Assembly (NCBI GenBank): GCA_043821365.1
Contig: JBDRCX010000006.1
Location: forward strand, 640,001-704,000
Source of the DNA: Candidatus Micrarchaeota archaeon
Lineage (GTDB): Archaea; Micrarchaeota; Micrarchaeia; Anstonellales; Bilamarchaeaceae
Direction of reading: 5' to 3'
Length of the DNA: 64,000 bases
Shown: positions 1 through 8,535 of the stretch, piece by piece
Position numbering within the stretch: the first letter of the stretch is position 1
Layout of the letters: the number at the start of each line of letters is the position of its first letter
Translations under genes and position numbers: made by a program
Notes under the pieces: generated by a model
Database searches by the model: none
The model's input: only the letters and a program-made list of their open reading frames with translations
Told to the model about the DNA's origin: nothing

Positions 1-376
1 AAATTCGTTTAGCCCTATAATTAGTTTTTTCACTATTTCTTTTGATTCTATCATTTAGATTAATTGTTCGGCTTAATTTATTATTAACAACATGGATATC
101 ACCAGTAGGTTGCCATTTGATTCCAAAAAATTCTTCCGCGGTTCGACAACTATAGTAAAATTCATGTGTACCAAGATAAGCAGCAATTGCTCTTGTCAAT
201 ATCATCATTGGTTTGTCAATTGTTGTGGCCTTTCGTTCTTCGGACGTCGGAATATAATATATTTTCTTAAATGGGGTTGGAAACAAACTAAGGTTAATTG
301 TCATTGTTTTTATTTTAGTAGAATCCAGGCCCTCATCGAGCAATGTCTTGTGTGTTACAACTTGCTTAGGCAGCAC
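1..376 (-). CDS. Partial (runs off window) AbiEi-like antitoxin / hypothetical partner of the adjacent nucleotidyltransferase
   Basis: Not in the ORF track; read manually from GTG at 376, overlapping the upstream stop: MLPKQVVTHK...FYYSCRTAEEFFGIKWQPTGDIHVVN...NYRAKRI, open to the edge. The YYSCRTAEEFFG..Q segment resembles the AbiEi C-terminal motif. Confidence 0.55.
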   Translation of the reverse strand, partial: MLPKQVVTHKTLLDEGLDSTKIKTMTINLSLFPTPFKKIYYIPTSEERKATTIDKPMMILTRAIAAYLGTHEFYYSCRTAEEFFGIKWQPTGDIHVVNNKLSRTINLNDRIKRNSEKTNYRAKRI

Positions 377-971
377 GGTTCAGCACCTCTTCAAAGTAAA
401 CATAATCAGGTCCAGTCACCATACTTCTAAGTTCTTCGGTATTTTTTGGGTTCCCATACTTTTTTATCAGATCACTAGCGATTTTCTCACCACGCCCAAT
501 TTTTTTCAGTATAAAAATTACGTCAAATAGATCTCTAGCTTCGAGCCTCCCAGCATAAGCTTCCAATTTCATATTTAACAGGTCTTCTATAGATGCGACC
601 TTCATTTTTTGTTGTCCGATCTGAAATTCCTTATTTTTCTTAATATCTTTTTCCGGAGTAAAAATTTCAACTTTGACTGAACAATCTTCAAATTGGATAA
701 CAAATTGGTTGAGATACGCAGTTCTTTGGGTTCTGTACCCTTTTTTAGAAAGCGCGCCTTTTAGCTTTTCTTTGATGATTTCATCATTTTGTGTTTTAGA
801 AGGAACAAAATCTAGGTCAACACTGACTCTATGTTTTAGATAAAAAAGAGCTAATGCAGTTCCTCCAACTAAAATCAGTTCCCCTTGAGTGCATTCTGCT
901 ACGTCTTCTATTGATTCTAGAATTCGATCGTATTTTTTCTGAAATACGTTTTCCATATGAAGATTATTCAA
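366..971 (-). CDS. AbiEii/AbiGii-family nucleotidyltransferase (type IV TA toxin)
   Basis: LVGGTALALFYLKHRVSVDLDF motif and C-terminal K..A...R..ARDLFD motif. Confidence 0.85.
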   Translation of the reverse strand: MNNLHMENVFQKKYDRILESIEDVAECTQGELILVGGTALALFYLKHRVSVDLDFVPSKTQNDEIIKEKLKGALSKKGYRTQRTAYLNQFVIQFEDCSVKVEIFTPEKDIKKNKEFQIGQQKMKVASIEDLLNMKLEAYAGRLEARDLFDVIFILKKIGRGEKIASDLIKKYGNPKNTEELRSMVTGPDYVYFEEVLNRAA

Positions 972-1045
972 AAAACATTTATAAATATATGTTTTAATCT
1001 AGTTATGTAATTTCATAACCTAGCTAAAACAAAATCGACTGTAAT

Positions 1046-1066
1046 AAAAATGCTCCTGCTGGCATT
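1046..1066 (-). repeat. Degenerate copy of the tRNA-Glu 3' end (att-like direct repeat)
   Basis: aaaaatgctcctgctggcatt (1046-1066) vs aaaaatgctcctgccgggatt (2593-2613): 19/21 identical. Confidence 0.65.
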
Positions 1067-1156
1067 CTATCTCAATTTAGCCTCGTTTGCTAATCGTACA
1101 ACATCATGCGTTTTCTAGTAGGATTATTGCATAAGAAGTATGAATATCTTTTTGTA

Positions 1157-1209
1157 AATTTGTAGTGTTAAACCAATAACGATAATTTTAAAATACCTTT
1201 AACACTACA
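1157..1209. repeat. Split inverted repeat TGTAGTGTTAAA-N25-TTTAACACTACA, copy 1, bracketing the fic promoter
   Basis: Arms at 1161-1172 and 1198-1209; a TATA-like ttttaaaata lies in the spacer; ATG at 1218. Confidence 0.85.
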
Positions 1210-1217
1210 TTATCAGT

Positions 1218-2177
1218 ATGTACATAACCGTGAAATACATCAACGGCGGATACTATTACTATCTTGTGAAATCCGAGAGAATCAGCGGAAAGGTATATCA
1301 GACAATCCTACGATATCTTGGCAGCAAAGACGATGCAGAAGCTTATGCGACAAAACACAAGATGAAGATGCCTTCCACAAAGCCCGGAATGGAAAAATCC
1401 GATATTGCGCTGGACCGGCAGATAGAAGAAAAAAGAGCCAGGCTGAAAAAGATCCGGCCTTCAATCTCTCCGGTTCTACAAAAAAAACTAGATGAAGACG
1501 AAGCCATATTGTGGACCTACAACTCAACTAAAATAGAGGGCAGTTCCCTTTCGCTGCCAGAAACTAGCGAATTACTGAAACATGACATATCTGCCGCAGG
1601 AAAACCTTTGAAAGACCATGCCGCGGTCAAAGACCATAAAATCGCGATCGATCTTGTCAGGGAGCTTGCAAAGAGCAAAACACCCTTGACCGAAAGCGAG
1701 ATATTTTCCATCCACAGAGCCGTGCTTCATGCAGAAGTCGGAATACATGTCGGAAGGTACCGAGAAGTCCCTGTTTACATTACGAACTCAAAATTTGTCC
1801 CGCCTCCTCCGGATCAGGTTCCACGTATGATGCAGGATCTCATAAAGCAAGTGAATAAAAACCCAGAAAAACTCAGCCCAATAGCTCTTGCTGCAGTTGC
1901 CCACCATAGTTTTGAAACCATACATCCATTCGAAGACGGAAATGGAAGGACCGGGCGGTTACTTTCCAACCTCATTCTGATGAGGAACGGGTATCTCCCT
2001 GTAATCATCGAAAACAGGGAACGAAAAAGGTATTTCCTACTACTGGATGAAATACGAAGGACTCACGATTACGGAAAAATAATACTCTTTTTCAAAAAGA
2101 AAGTGGATAAGTCATTTTCGTTCTATCTGAAATATTCCGATCCGAAATATGAAGAATGGAAAAAGGATAATTTGTAG
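1218..2177 (+). CDS. Fic-domain protein with an N-terminal putative DNA-binding beta-sheet domain
   Basis: Canonical HPFEDGNGRTGR Fic motif; N-terminus MYITVKYINGGYYYYLVKSERISGKVYQTILRYLG; codon usage visibly more GC-rich than neighbours. Confidence 0.9.
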   Translation: MYITVKYINGGYYYYLVKSERISGKVYQTILRYLGSKDDAEAYATKHKMKMPSTKPGMEKSDIALDRQIEEKRARLKKIRPSISPVLQKKLDEDEAILWTYNSTKIEGSSLSLPETSELLKHDISAAGKPLKDHAAVKDHKIAIDLVRELAKSKTPLTESEIFSIHRAVLHAEVGIHVGRYREVPVYITNSKFVPPPPDQVPRMMQDLIKQVNKNPEKLSPIALAAVAHHSFETIHPFEDGNGRTGRLLSNLILMRNGYLPVIIENRERKRYFLLLDEIRRTHDYGKIILFFKKKVDKSFSFYLKYSDPKYEEWKKDNL

Positions 2178-2221
2178 TGTTAAACCCAACTGCCAATTTA
2201 CCGATCAGATTTAACACTACA
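2169..2221. repeat. Split inverted repeat TGTAGTGTTAAA-N25-TTTAACACTACA, copy 2, overlapping the fic stop codon
   Basis: Arms at 2173-2184 and 2210-2221; the 18-bp AATTTGTAGTGTTAAACC is identical to 1157-1174. Confidence 0.85.
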
Positions 2222-2597
2222 CTATTTGCAGGCCATCATAAAATTCATCAGTCATTGATGGATGAATTAGTCAAACACTGTCTGACCTATTTGAATATTG
2301 GAGACACTGTCTCCAAAATTAGTTGTCAAAGTTATACCCACAAACTCGAAAGGTAAATGTGGGGATAACTAGTTTGAATATAAATTTTCCTACAACCTGT
2401 TGCATAGGTCCCAATAAGACTTATCAGCTATCGTCTGATGAATTATTCCTTTTCTTTAGTCCCGCGATATTAATTCTGACCGTAAGATCTCCACTGAGGC
2501 ATGTATTTTGATAGTTTCTCCGACCGATAAATCGACGAATCGATTTATGGCCCATTGATCGTTGCGACGACCAATCGGACGTGAAAAAGTAGAAAAA

Positions 2598-2850
2598 TGC
2601 TCCTGCCGGGATTTGAACCCGGGTCCTCAGAGTTCTCTCGCGCTTTTTTAGGAAAACATCAGAGAACGGAATTCTCTGTGCCCCATAAAAACGAGGAATC
2701 GTTTTTATAGGGAAGCGCCCAAAAAACCGTGAACAGCAAACCCGCTCAGAAAGCTGGTTTGAAATTAACGAATTTTTTTGATCGACCTTTTTTTGTAAAA
2801 AAAGGTCGGATGAGAGTCTGATATCCTTGACCGGTCTAGACTACAGGAGC
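2598..2850 (-). tRNA. tRNA-Glu(CTC) with a 178-nt intron at canonical position 37/38 (intron 2633-2810); CCA not encoded
   Basis: 5' exon GCTCCTGTAGTCTAGACCGGTCAAGGATATCAGACTCTCA; 3' exon CTCTGAGGACCCGGGTTCAAATCCCGGCAGGAGCA; central helix CTCT/AGAG with an AA/C bulge. Confidence 0.85.
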
Positions 2851-2932
2851 GAACTTCTGTCTATTGTTAAAATAAGACAGGAGCTGACCTTTCAAGTTCA
2901 TGATAAATAGAATTTAAAAAAGAAAAGGAAAA

Positions 2933-3211
2933 TTAGTCAGAGCCAATAATCTCCCCTTGGCTTATCCAATCCTCATCAAACTCCTCACTCAAGTCGATAT
3001 CTTCTAACGTTAAGGTAAAATTACCGACTTCTTCTTGAGAAAGGACTGGTTCTACTGGTTCGTTCTGAACCGAGGTTTGGTTGTCACCAATTTGGATATT
3101 ATTGGATGGCTGAGTTGGTACATTTACTTGTGGAGCCCCCTGATTCCTGCTCATGGCAAAGCAGCCTATTAGCAGGATACCAAGAACCAAGAAAACCAAC
3201 AAACGCATCAT
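2933..3211 (-). CDS. Small secreted/lipoprotein-like hypothetical protein
   Basis: Hydrophobic N-terminus ending LLIGC; acidic tail; overlaps the stop of the upstream gene. Confidence 0.6.
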   Translation of the reverse strand: MMRLLVFLVLGILLIGCFAMSRNQGAPQVNVPTQPSNNIQIGDNQTSVQNEPVEPVLSQEEVGNFTLTLEDIDLSEEFDEDWISQGEIIGSD

Positions 3212-4056
3212 CTCAACTCCCTCATTATATCCTTAAGTGCTTCTGCAGCATCCTGTAGGGGTTCCCAGACAGCATCATATTCACCTTCTGCGTAAACATT
3301 ACCTCCAACTGATGCCAATGCATTATCAACATCATCTAGATAATCATTTACTTCAGAGAAATTTGAAGTGAGATTTTCTGCTCCTGGCATTTCCTTTAGG
3401 TAGTCAGTTATGGCTCTTAATTTTACAACATCAAACCTTGCAGCAAAATGGTAGTTCTCACCAAAGTAGCACCCATTGTACATACAGTAGTTTGTTTCAC
3501 CAGACTTTAATGGATCAAGTATTTCAGATTCTGCATCTTCAACAACTTCCTCCATGTCTGTGGTATCAATGCCTTTTCCTGCAAGATCATCTATTCTTAG
3601 CTTTGCATTTGCTAAAATAGTGGTGTAGCTGTTTATCTTTGCCTCTCTATAGGAATCTATGGCAGTTGACACACAATCAGTATAGTCTTGGAAAAACTCC
3701 CAGTACTGTGAATTCAATGCTAGTTTTTCTTGAAATGTCAAATTTTCCCTATATTCTGTTACTGCATCTTTAGCTTCTTTTAATGCAGCATCAAAATCTG
3801 CAACATCATCACCGAATCCTGTTAGGTCGTCAATGGTGTATTCATTGAGTGTGTCCATAGCATCCTCAATGTTATCTGCATATTCATCAAGAGAGCTGTC
3901 TTCATGCGAACCTATTATATCTACATAAAAGTCAGCTTTGCACTCAGCATAGTCTTGTGCAGCACTTAATCCTTCCCCTGTGAATACTGTTCCATATCCA
4001 CTTGCTGCAGTTACAAAAGGAACCAGCAGCAACATCAACACATATTTCAAATCCAT
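3208..4056 (-). CDS. Secreted acidic helical hypothetical protein
   Basis: Signal-peptide-like N-terminus; D/E/A-rich 282-aa ORF. Confidence 0.7.
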   Translation of the reverse strand: MDLKYVLMLLLVPFVTAASGYGTVFTGEGLSAAQDYAECKADFYVDIIGSHEDSSLDEYADNIEDAMDTLNEYTIDDLTGFGDDVADFDAALKEAKDAVTEYRENLTFQEKLALNSQYWEFFQDYTDCVSTAIDSYREAKINSYTTILANAKLRIDDLAGKGIDTTDMEEVVEDAESEILDPLKSGETNYCMYNGCYFGENYHFAARFDVVKLRAITDYLKEMPGAENLTSNFSEVNDYLDDVDNALASVGGNVYAEGEYDAVWEPLQDAAEALKDIMRELR

Positions 4057-4138
4057 TCCATCACCTTTCGATAAAAAAACTTTCCTGGAACGCTATTTAT
4101 ATTTAACCTGAAACAAATGGAACAACTATCGACTGAGA

Positions 4139-4975
4139 TCACTGGAACATAGCCAAAGTGATCAATTTTCTATTGCCTTTTTGCGATCTTTTTATTATCC
4201 CTTTATTTTCAAGTGAATTTAACCTTCTAGAAAGAGTTGCTTTTGGAATATGTGTATGCAAATAGATGGAAGCTTGTGTTGATTTTCCTTTATTATTGTA
4301 TAGTAATTTGACAATTTCCTTATCAGTTTCATCTAAGGTTTTGAAAACAGGATCATCTTCTATTGTTGGTCTTATTATTTTTGTTTGTTTATTTTTGAAT
4401 ATAAAATAAAGAATTATTGCAGCTGGTATTAGCAGAAGTAAATATGGAAATCCAGATGCTTCATATGTTAATGTATAAACTGCCCTTAGATTTGCCTTTG
4501 TTGTTTTCAGTAGACTTGCAGTCCAGCTTAAACTTAATGAATTTTTTTCATTATTTACAGCGCCATTTGATTTTGTAATCATTGCATTTTTTGGCAAATT
4601 AATCTTTGCATTAAAAGTATCAATGTCTTCTGAAAATGCTATTGTAAAGTCATAAATCCATTCTGAACCATTTTTTGAAGTAAAAGAATCAGACCATATT
4701 TGAAATTCAACATAATCCACTGGAACAGTTACTAAAATTTCTGTTGATATATTCTGATTTATAGAATAATTTAGGAGTAAACCACTCTTGTCTCTTACCT
4801 CTATTTTAGTAGGAATTCCAGAAACTGCAATGGAAAATGCCTTTCCTTCTAAATCTGATGATGAGATTTTTATTTTAGTATAACTTTGACCAGAAACATC
4901 TACTGATCCTTCTAGGTCAGCAGAAACTGCATATACTGAACAAAGCAGGAGTAATGAGAAAAAAACTGCTTTCAT
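4139..4975 (-). CDS. Membrane-anchored transcriptional regulator (extracellular domain, TM helix, C-terminal winged HTH)
   Basis: Signal peptide, TM segment FPYLLLLIPAAIILYFIF, wHTH QASIYLHTHIPKATLSRRLNSLENKGII. Confidence 0.8.
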   Translation of the reverse strand: MKAVFFSLLLLCSVYAVSADLEGSVDVSGQSYTKIKISSSDLEGKAFSIAVSGIPTKIEVRDKSGLLLNYSINQNISTEILVTVPVDYVEFQIWSDSFTSKNGSEWIYDFTIAFSEDIDTFNAKINLPKNAMITKSNGAVNNEKNSLSLSWTASLLKTTKANLRAVYTLTYEASGFPYLLLLIPAAIILYFIFKNKQTKIIRPTIEDDPVFKTLDETDKEIVKLLYNNKGKSTQASIYLHTHIPKATLSRRLNSLENKGIIKRSQKGNRKLITLAMFQ

Positions 4976-5000
4976 AAATAGGGATAAAGAGGCAAAATTT

Positions 5001-5687
5001 TTATTTGCGCCTTTTCTTTATTTTTTTAGTAGACTTTTTTGTGGATTTTACGATCTTCTTTTTTACTGCTTTTTTGTGTTTCTTTACTAGCCGAGGTTTC
5101 TTTTTTGTTAATTTTTTCTTTGGTTCAATTCCATTTGAGCTGTGCGATTGGATATTCTCAACAAGGCGGCGCAATACATGTTCGCCAGAGGATTTATCCA
5201 TTGAATGTGCTTGGAATTTTGGTTTTTTAACTCCTTCCCACCTTCCTTCAAACATATTTGGTTTTGATAATAATGCTTGGTTTTTCTCTCTCATAAGAAA
5301 AATGTCCAATCTTGGATCATTTGTAAATTGTGGCTTTGCACTAAGAGTTCTATCTTTTGGATCCAATTGAAAATAGGTCTGTGGACGAATTATTTTCTGA
5401 TAACTAGAATCCTGTTTTTCAATTAATTCAGGTTTATAACTGGCAATTTGTATCAATGCTTTTTGTTCATATGGGGAGAAAGTGGCTGATTTCATTAATT
5501 CAGGCATTAATGCACCCAAATCTGAACTGTTTCGGTAGCTGTGAACAAATTCCATAATTGCTGCTTTCATTGCAACTGGGCCTTTTGCAGATGCCCAGTT
5601 CCTTAGTTCAGACCAGGTTATTTTTGCTGGTTTGCCTGATTTTGTGATTTTATGAGCGTCCTTCCTAAAATCAGCAAGAGTTTTCAT
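5001..5687 (-). CDS. Hypothetical protein with a Lys-rich C-terminal tail
   Basis: 228-aa ORF ending KKKLTKKKPRLVKKHKKAVKKKIVKSTKKSTKKIKKRRK. Confidence 0.65.
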   Translation of the reverse strand: MKTLADFRKDAHKITKSGKPAKITWSELRNWASAKGPVAMKAAIMEFVHSYRNSSDLGALMPELMKSATFSPYEQKALIQIASYKPELIEKQDSSYQKIIRPQTYFQLDPKDRTLSAKPQFTNDPRLDIFLMREKNQALLSKPNMFEGRWEGVKKPKFQAHSMDKSSGEHVLRRLVENIQSHSSNGIEPKKKLTKKKPRLVKKHKKAVKKKIVKSTKKSTKKIKKRRK

Positions 5688-5782
5688 AATTTGTATTAGT
5701 AAATAAGGTTAAATTAGGTTTTGGTAACCGATTACATCTACCTACCAATTATATTATACTGTTGATGCAACAATCGATAGCT

Positions 5783-5812
5783 TTTAATACATTTTGTTAT
5801 CATATTTGATAA
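5783..5812 (+). promoter_or_regulatory. TATA-like box followed by palindrome TTATCA-N4-TGATAA (putative operator)
   Basis: ttttaata near 5782-5789; palindrome 5797-5812; ATG at 5826. Confidence 0.5.
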
Positions 5813-5825
5813 TAAAGTGAGCTAA

Positions 5826-6392
5826 ATGAATGCAATAATCGAACTCTTAAGGAAGAAAGCTGCCTTCAGTACAAAAGAGTTTTTATCCATGATAAAGAGA
5901 GCAGGCTATGGGCGTGTTTTACTTTATCGTTTGAAAGAGAAAAAAATAATTGTTCCAATAAAAAATGGCTGGTGGGCCTTTCCAAATTCACTTCCAGAAG
6001 CAATCGCATGTGAGATGTCTAAACCATGCTATCTCTCATTCCATACTGCGCTTTTTCTCCATGGCCTAACTACTCAGTCACCAAGAACAATTCAACTTGC
6101 AGTAGCAAGAAAATCAAAAAAATATAGTATTCTGGGCTCTGTTGTTAATGAATACAAGATAAAAAAGGAACAATTCCAAAAGTTCTATAGAAAAGATAAT
6201 TTGCTATTAGCTACTCCTGAAAAAGCCTTTTCAGATGCTATCCACCTTCCAAGATCATGCCCCGATATTGTACTTTTTGAAGCGATGGGATCTATTGATC
6301 TTGTATTGGTTGAAGCTTTATTAAGCAGTAAAGCAGCTAAAAAACGTTTAAAGAGGTTGATTAAAAATGCTAGATCGCAACGAACTGAATAA
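5826..6392 (+). CDS. AbiEi-family antitoxin (type IV TA)
   Basis: YLSFHTALFLHGLTTQSP and ATPEKAFSD motifs; overlaps the downstream toxin gene. Confidence 0.85.
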   Translation: MNAIIELLRKKAAFSTKEFLSMIKRAGYGRVLLYRLKEKKIIVPIKNGWWAFPNSLPEAIACEMSKPCYLSFHTALFLHGLTTQSPRTIQLAVARKSKKYSILGSVVNEYKIKKEQFQKFYRKDNLLLATPEKAFSDAIHLPRSCPDIVLFEAMGSIDLVLVEALLSSKAAKKRLKRLIKNARSQRTE

Positions 6393-7125
6393 ATATGGAC
6401 CCCCAGGGTTTCATCTGGCTCAAAAAGAAAAAGATTATGTGCAACATTGGATTCTCTCATTCATATCTAGATCTGGGTTCAAAGGAGTCTTCAAAGGTGG
6501 TACATGTCTTCAAAAAACATCTAATCTTCCAAGATATTCTGAAGATCTTGACTTTACATTAAATGATGCCATTCTTGTAGATATGGAAGCAGTTGAAGCA
6601 TTTTTATCATCTGCAGGTTTTACTGGTTTAAAATGGAAAACTGAAACCAAACCAGTTTCTGAAACAATAAGATTGCGTTTCCGTGGACCATTATTCAATG
6701 GTTCTGAAATAAGTGAAGGCTTTGTCACCATGGATTTCAGCAAAAGAGAGAGAACATTGATGGAAGTTGAACCGGTTATGATTATTTCTCCCTATCCTGA
6801 TATTTTACCTTACAATCTGAATATAATGAATAAAGATGAAATTGCAGCAGAAAAAGTCCGTGCAATAATGACGAGAAATTCTGCCAGGGATCTTTTTGAT
6901 CTTTATTTTTTACTTCACCAAAAGGCCAGATTAAATATTAATCTAATCGAAAAAAAACTTTTATTTTATAATAAAAAATTTGTCTTAACTGATTTCGACA
7001 AAAAAATCGATGGTTTATCAAAAATCTGGAAAAAAGAGATAAATGCCTTAACCCCCAACATGGTCGATTATGAGTTAGTAGCAAAGACTGTGAAATCAAG
7101 TACTAAATCTATTCACCAGACATAA
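6367..7125 (+). CDS. AbiEii-family nucleotidyltransferase toxin (type IV TA)
   Basis: VFKGGTCLQK...LPRYSEDLDF and AEKVRAIMTRNSARDLFD motifs. Confidence 0.9.
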   Translation: MLDRNELNKYGPPGFHLAQKEKDYVQHWILSFISRSGFKGVFKGGTCLQKTSNLPRYSEDLDFTLNDAILVDMEAVEAFLSSAGFTGLKWKTETKPVSETIRLRFRGPLFNGSEISEGFVTMDFSKRERTLMEVEPVMIISPYPDILPYNLNIMNKDEIAAEKVRAIMTRNSARDLFDLYFLLHQKARLNINLIEKKLLFYNKKFVLTDFDKKIDGLSKIWKKEINALTPNMVDYELVAKTVKSSTKSIHQT

Positions 7126-7352
7126 TATTGCCTAATTTTATTTCAAGGTTTTCGATATATCGAAAGCCGTTATTTGTTATGTAGCCATTTTTTTAATTTC
7201 TTTTTTCCACGGCATTTAATTCTTTTGGTATATTATTTGAGCTTTTCCACATTGAATTTTGGCATTATATTTGCAAAAAACTAATTAAATCATATAAAAT
7301 CATATTTTCATCGTATTTAAATAAAACCATCAAAAAGCTAAAGTATTTAAAT

Positions 7353-7376
7353 ATAGTGAAAGTATACTTTCACTAT
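7353..7376. promoter_or_regulatory. Perfect 24-bp palindrome between the TATA box and start codon of the ATPase gene
   Basis: ATAGTGAAAGTATACTTTCACTAT, directly after tatttaaata and overlapping the ATG at 7375. Confidence 0.7.
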
Positions 7377-8502
7377 GTATTTGCTAAGGGAAGAAGAACA
7401 GATTTTGTTTAAGTATTTGCAAGCTAGTGAAGCACTAGCGTTAATTGGACCAAGAAGGGCTGGGAAAACAACTTTGGCTAAACGATTGCTACGTGATTGG
7501 AAAGAAGCTGGTGGAGCTGGTGAATATTTTGATCTTGAGGAAATTAATGCGCCTTCTTCTGCAACTGACTTACACAGTGAAATTCAAAAACTACCTAAAA
7601 AAAGCCTTGTTGTCCTTGATGAAGTTCAAGTGTTAGATAAATGGGAAAAAGTCGTCAGAAGCGAAATTGAAAACAAAAAAAGAAAAATTTTAGTGACAGG
7701 TTCAAGTGCATCCTTACTCTCTAATGAAATCGCCAGTTCTTTGGCAGGCAGGGCAATACCACAAACGGTGTTTACGCTTTCCTACAGAGATGCAAAAGCA
7801 TGGGGCATCAAGTCGTTTGATGAATACTTGATGGTGGGTGGATATCCTGAGTGCGTATTAAGACCTACCGAAGCACCAAAACTCCACAAACTTTATCTTG
7901 AGCTTACTGTCTTGCGTGATGTTGCTGCAAGATGCGGAATCAGAGAGATAAAACCGCTTTCTGATCTTGCAATTATTCTATTATCAGAACCAGGAAAATG
8001 CATTTCTGCAAGAAAAACAACTATGAAACTAGGCATAAGCCAGCCAACGTTTCGCTCTTTTGTCCAGGCTCTTGGCGATGCATTTCTTATCCTTTCAGTG
8101 CCACCATATATTCGCTCACCAAGGGAACGATTAGTGGCTGATGCAAAACATTATGCGTATGACATAGGGCTCCAGTCATCAGTGAGTATTTCAACAGAAC
8201 AAGATTATGGAAGAAAACTAGAAAATGTGGTAGCTAACGAATTAGTGAGAAAAGGTTATAGTTTGTCATATCTTTCGAATAAAGAGTGCGAATGTGATTT
8301 TATAGCTCAAAAAATAGGAACTGGTAATCTGGCTATTCAAGTTTGGAGTGGTGATAAAACATTACCAAAGAGAGAGCTTGATGGTTTGTTGCTTGGTATG
8401 AAAATAGCCAATGCAAAAGGTATGGTATTAAGTAAAACAAAATTAGACTTAGAGTTGCCTGTTGGGGTTACAACCCAAACCATAGAAGAATGGTTATCTT
8501 GA
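7375..8502 (+). CDS. AAA+ ATPase (AAA_14 plus DUF4143-type C-terminal domain)
   Basis: Walker A GPRRAGKT, Walker B VVLDEVQ, LVTGSSASLL, LENVVANEL...ECDFI. Confidence 0.85.
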   Translation: MYLLREEEQILFKYLQASEALALIGPRRAGKTTLAKRLLRDWKEAGGAGEYFDLEEINAPSSATDLHSEIQKLPKKSLVVLDEVQVLDKWEKVVRSEIENKKRKILVTGSSASLLSNEIASSLAGRAIPQTVFTLSYRDAKAWGIKSFDEYLMVGGYPECVLRPTEAPKLHKLYLELTVLRDVAARCGIREIKPLSDLAIILLSEPGKCISARKTTMKLGISQPTFRSFVQALGDAFLILSVPPYIRSPRERLVADAKHYAYDIGLQSSVSISTEQDYGRKLENVVANELVRKGYSLSYLSNKECECDFIAQKIGTGNLAIQVWSGDKTLPKRELDGLLLGMKIANAKGMVLSKTKLDLELPVGVTTQTIEEWLS

Positions 8503-8535
8503 TGGCTATTGGTTTACCTGTTTTTGCGAACTAAT

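Noticed and set aside
2243-2441. CTGATGA motifs suggesting hammerhead ribozymes
   Set aside because: No correctly placed GAAA or stem II/III follows either copy.
2323-2511. 62-aa ORF between fic and tRNA-Glu
   Set aside because: TTG start, no recognisable features, lies over hairpins.
2877-2884. 8-nt duplicate of the tRNA-Glu 5' end 34 nt upstream
   Set aside because: Too short to separate from chance; no splice motif supports an acceptor-stem intron.
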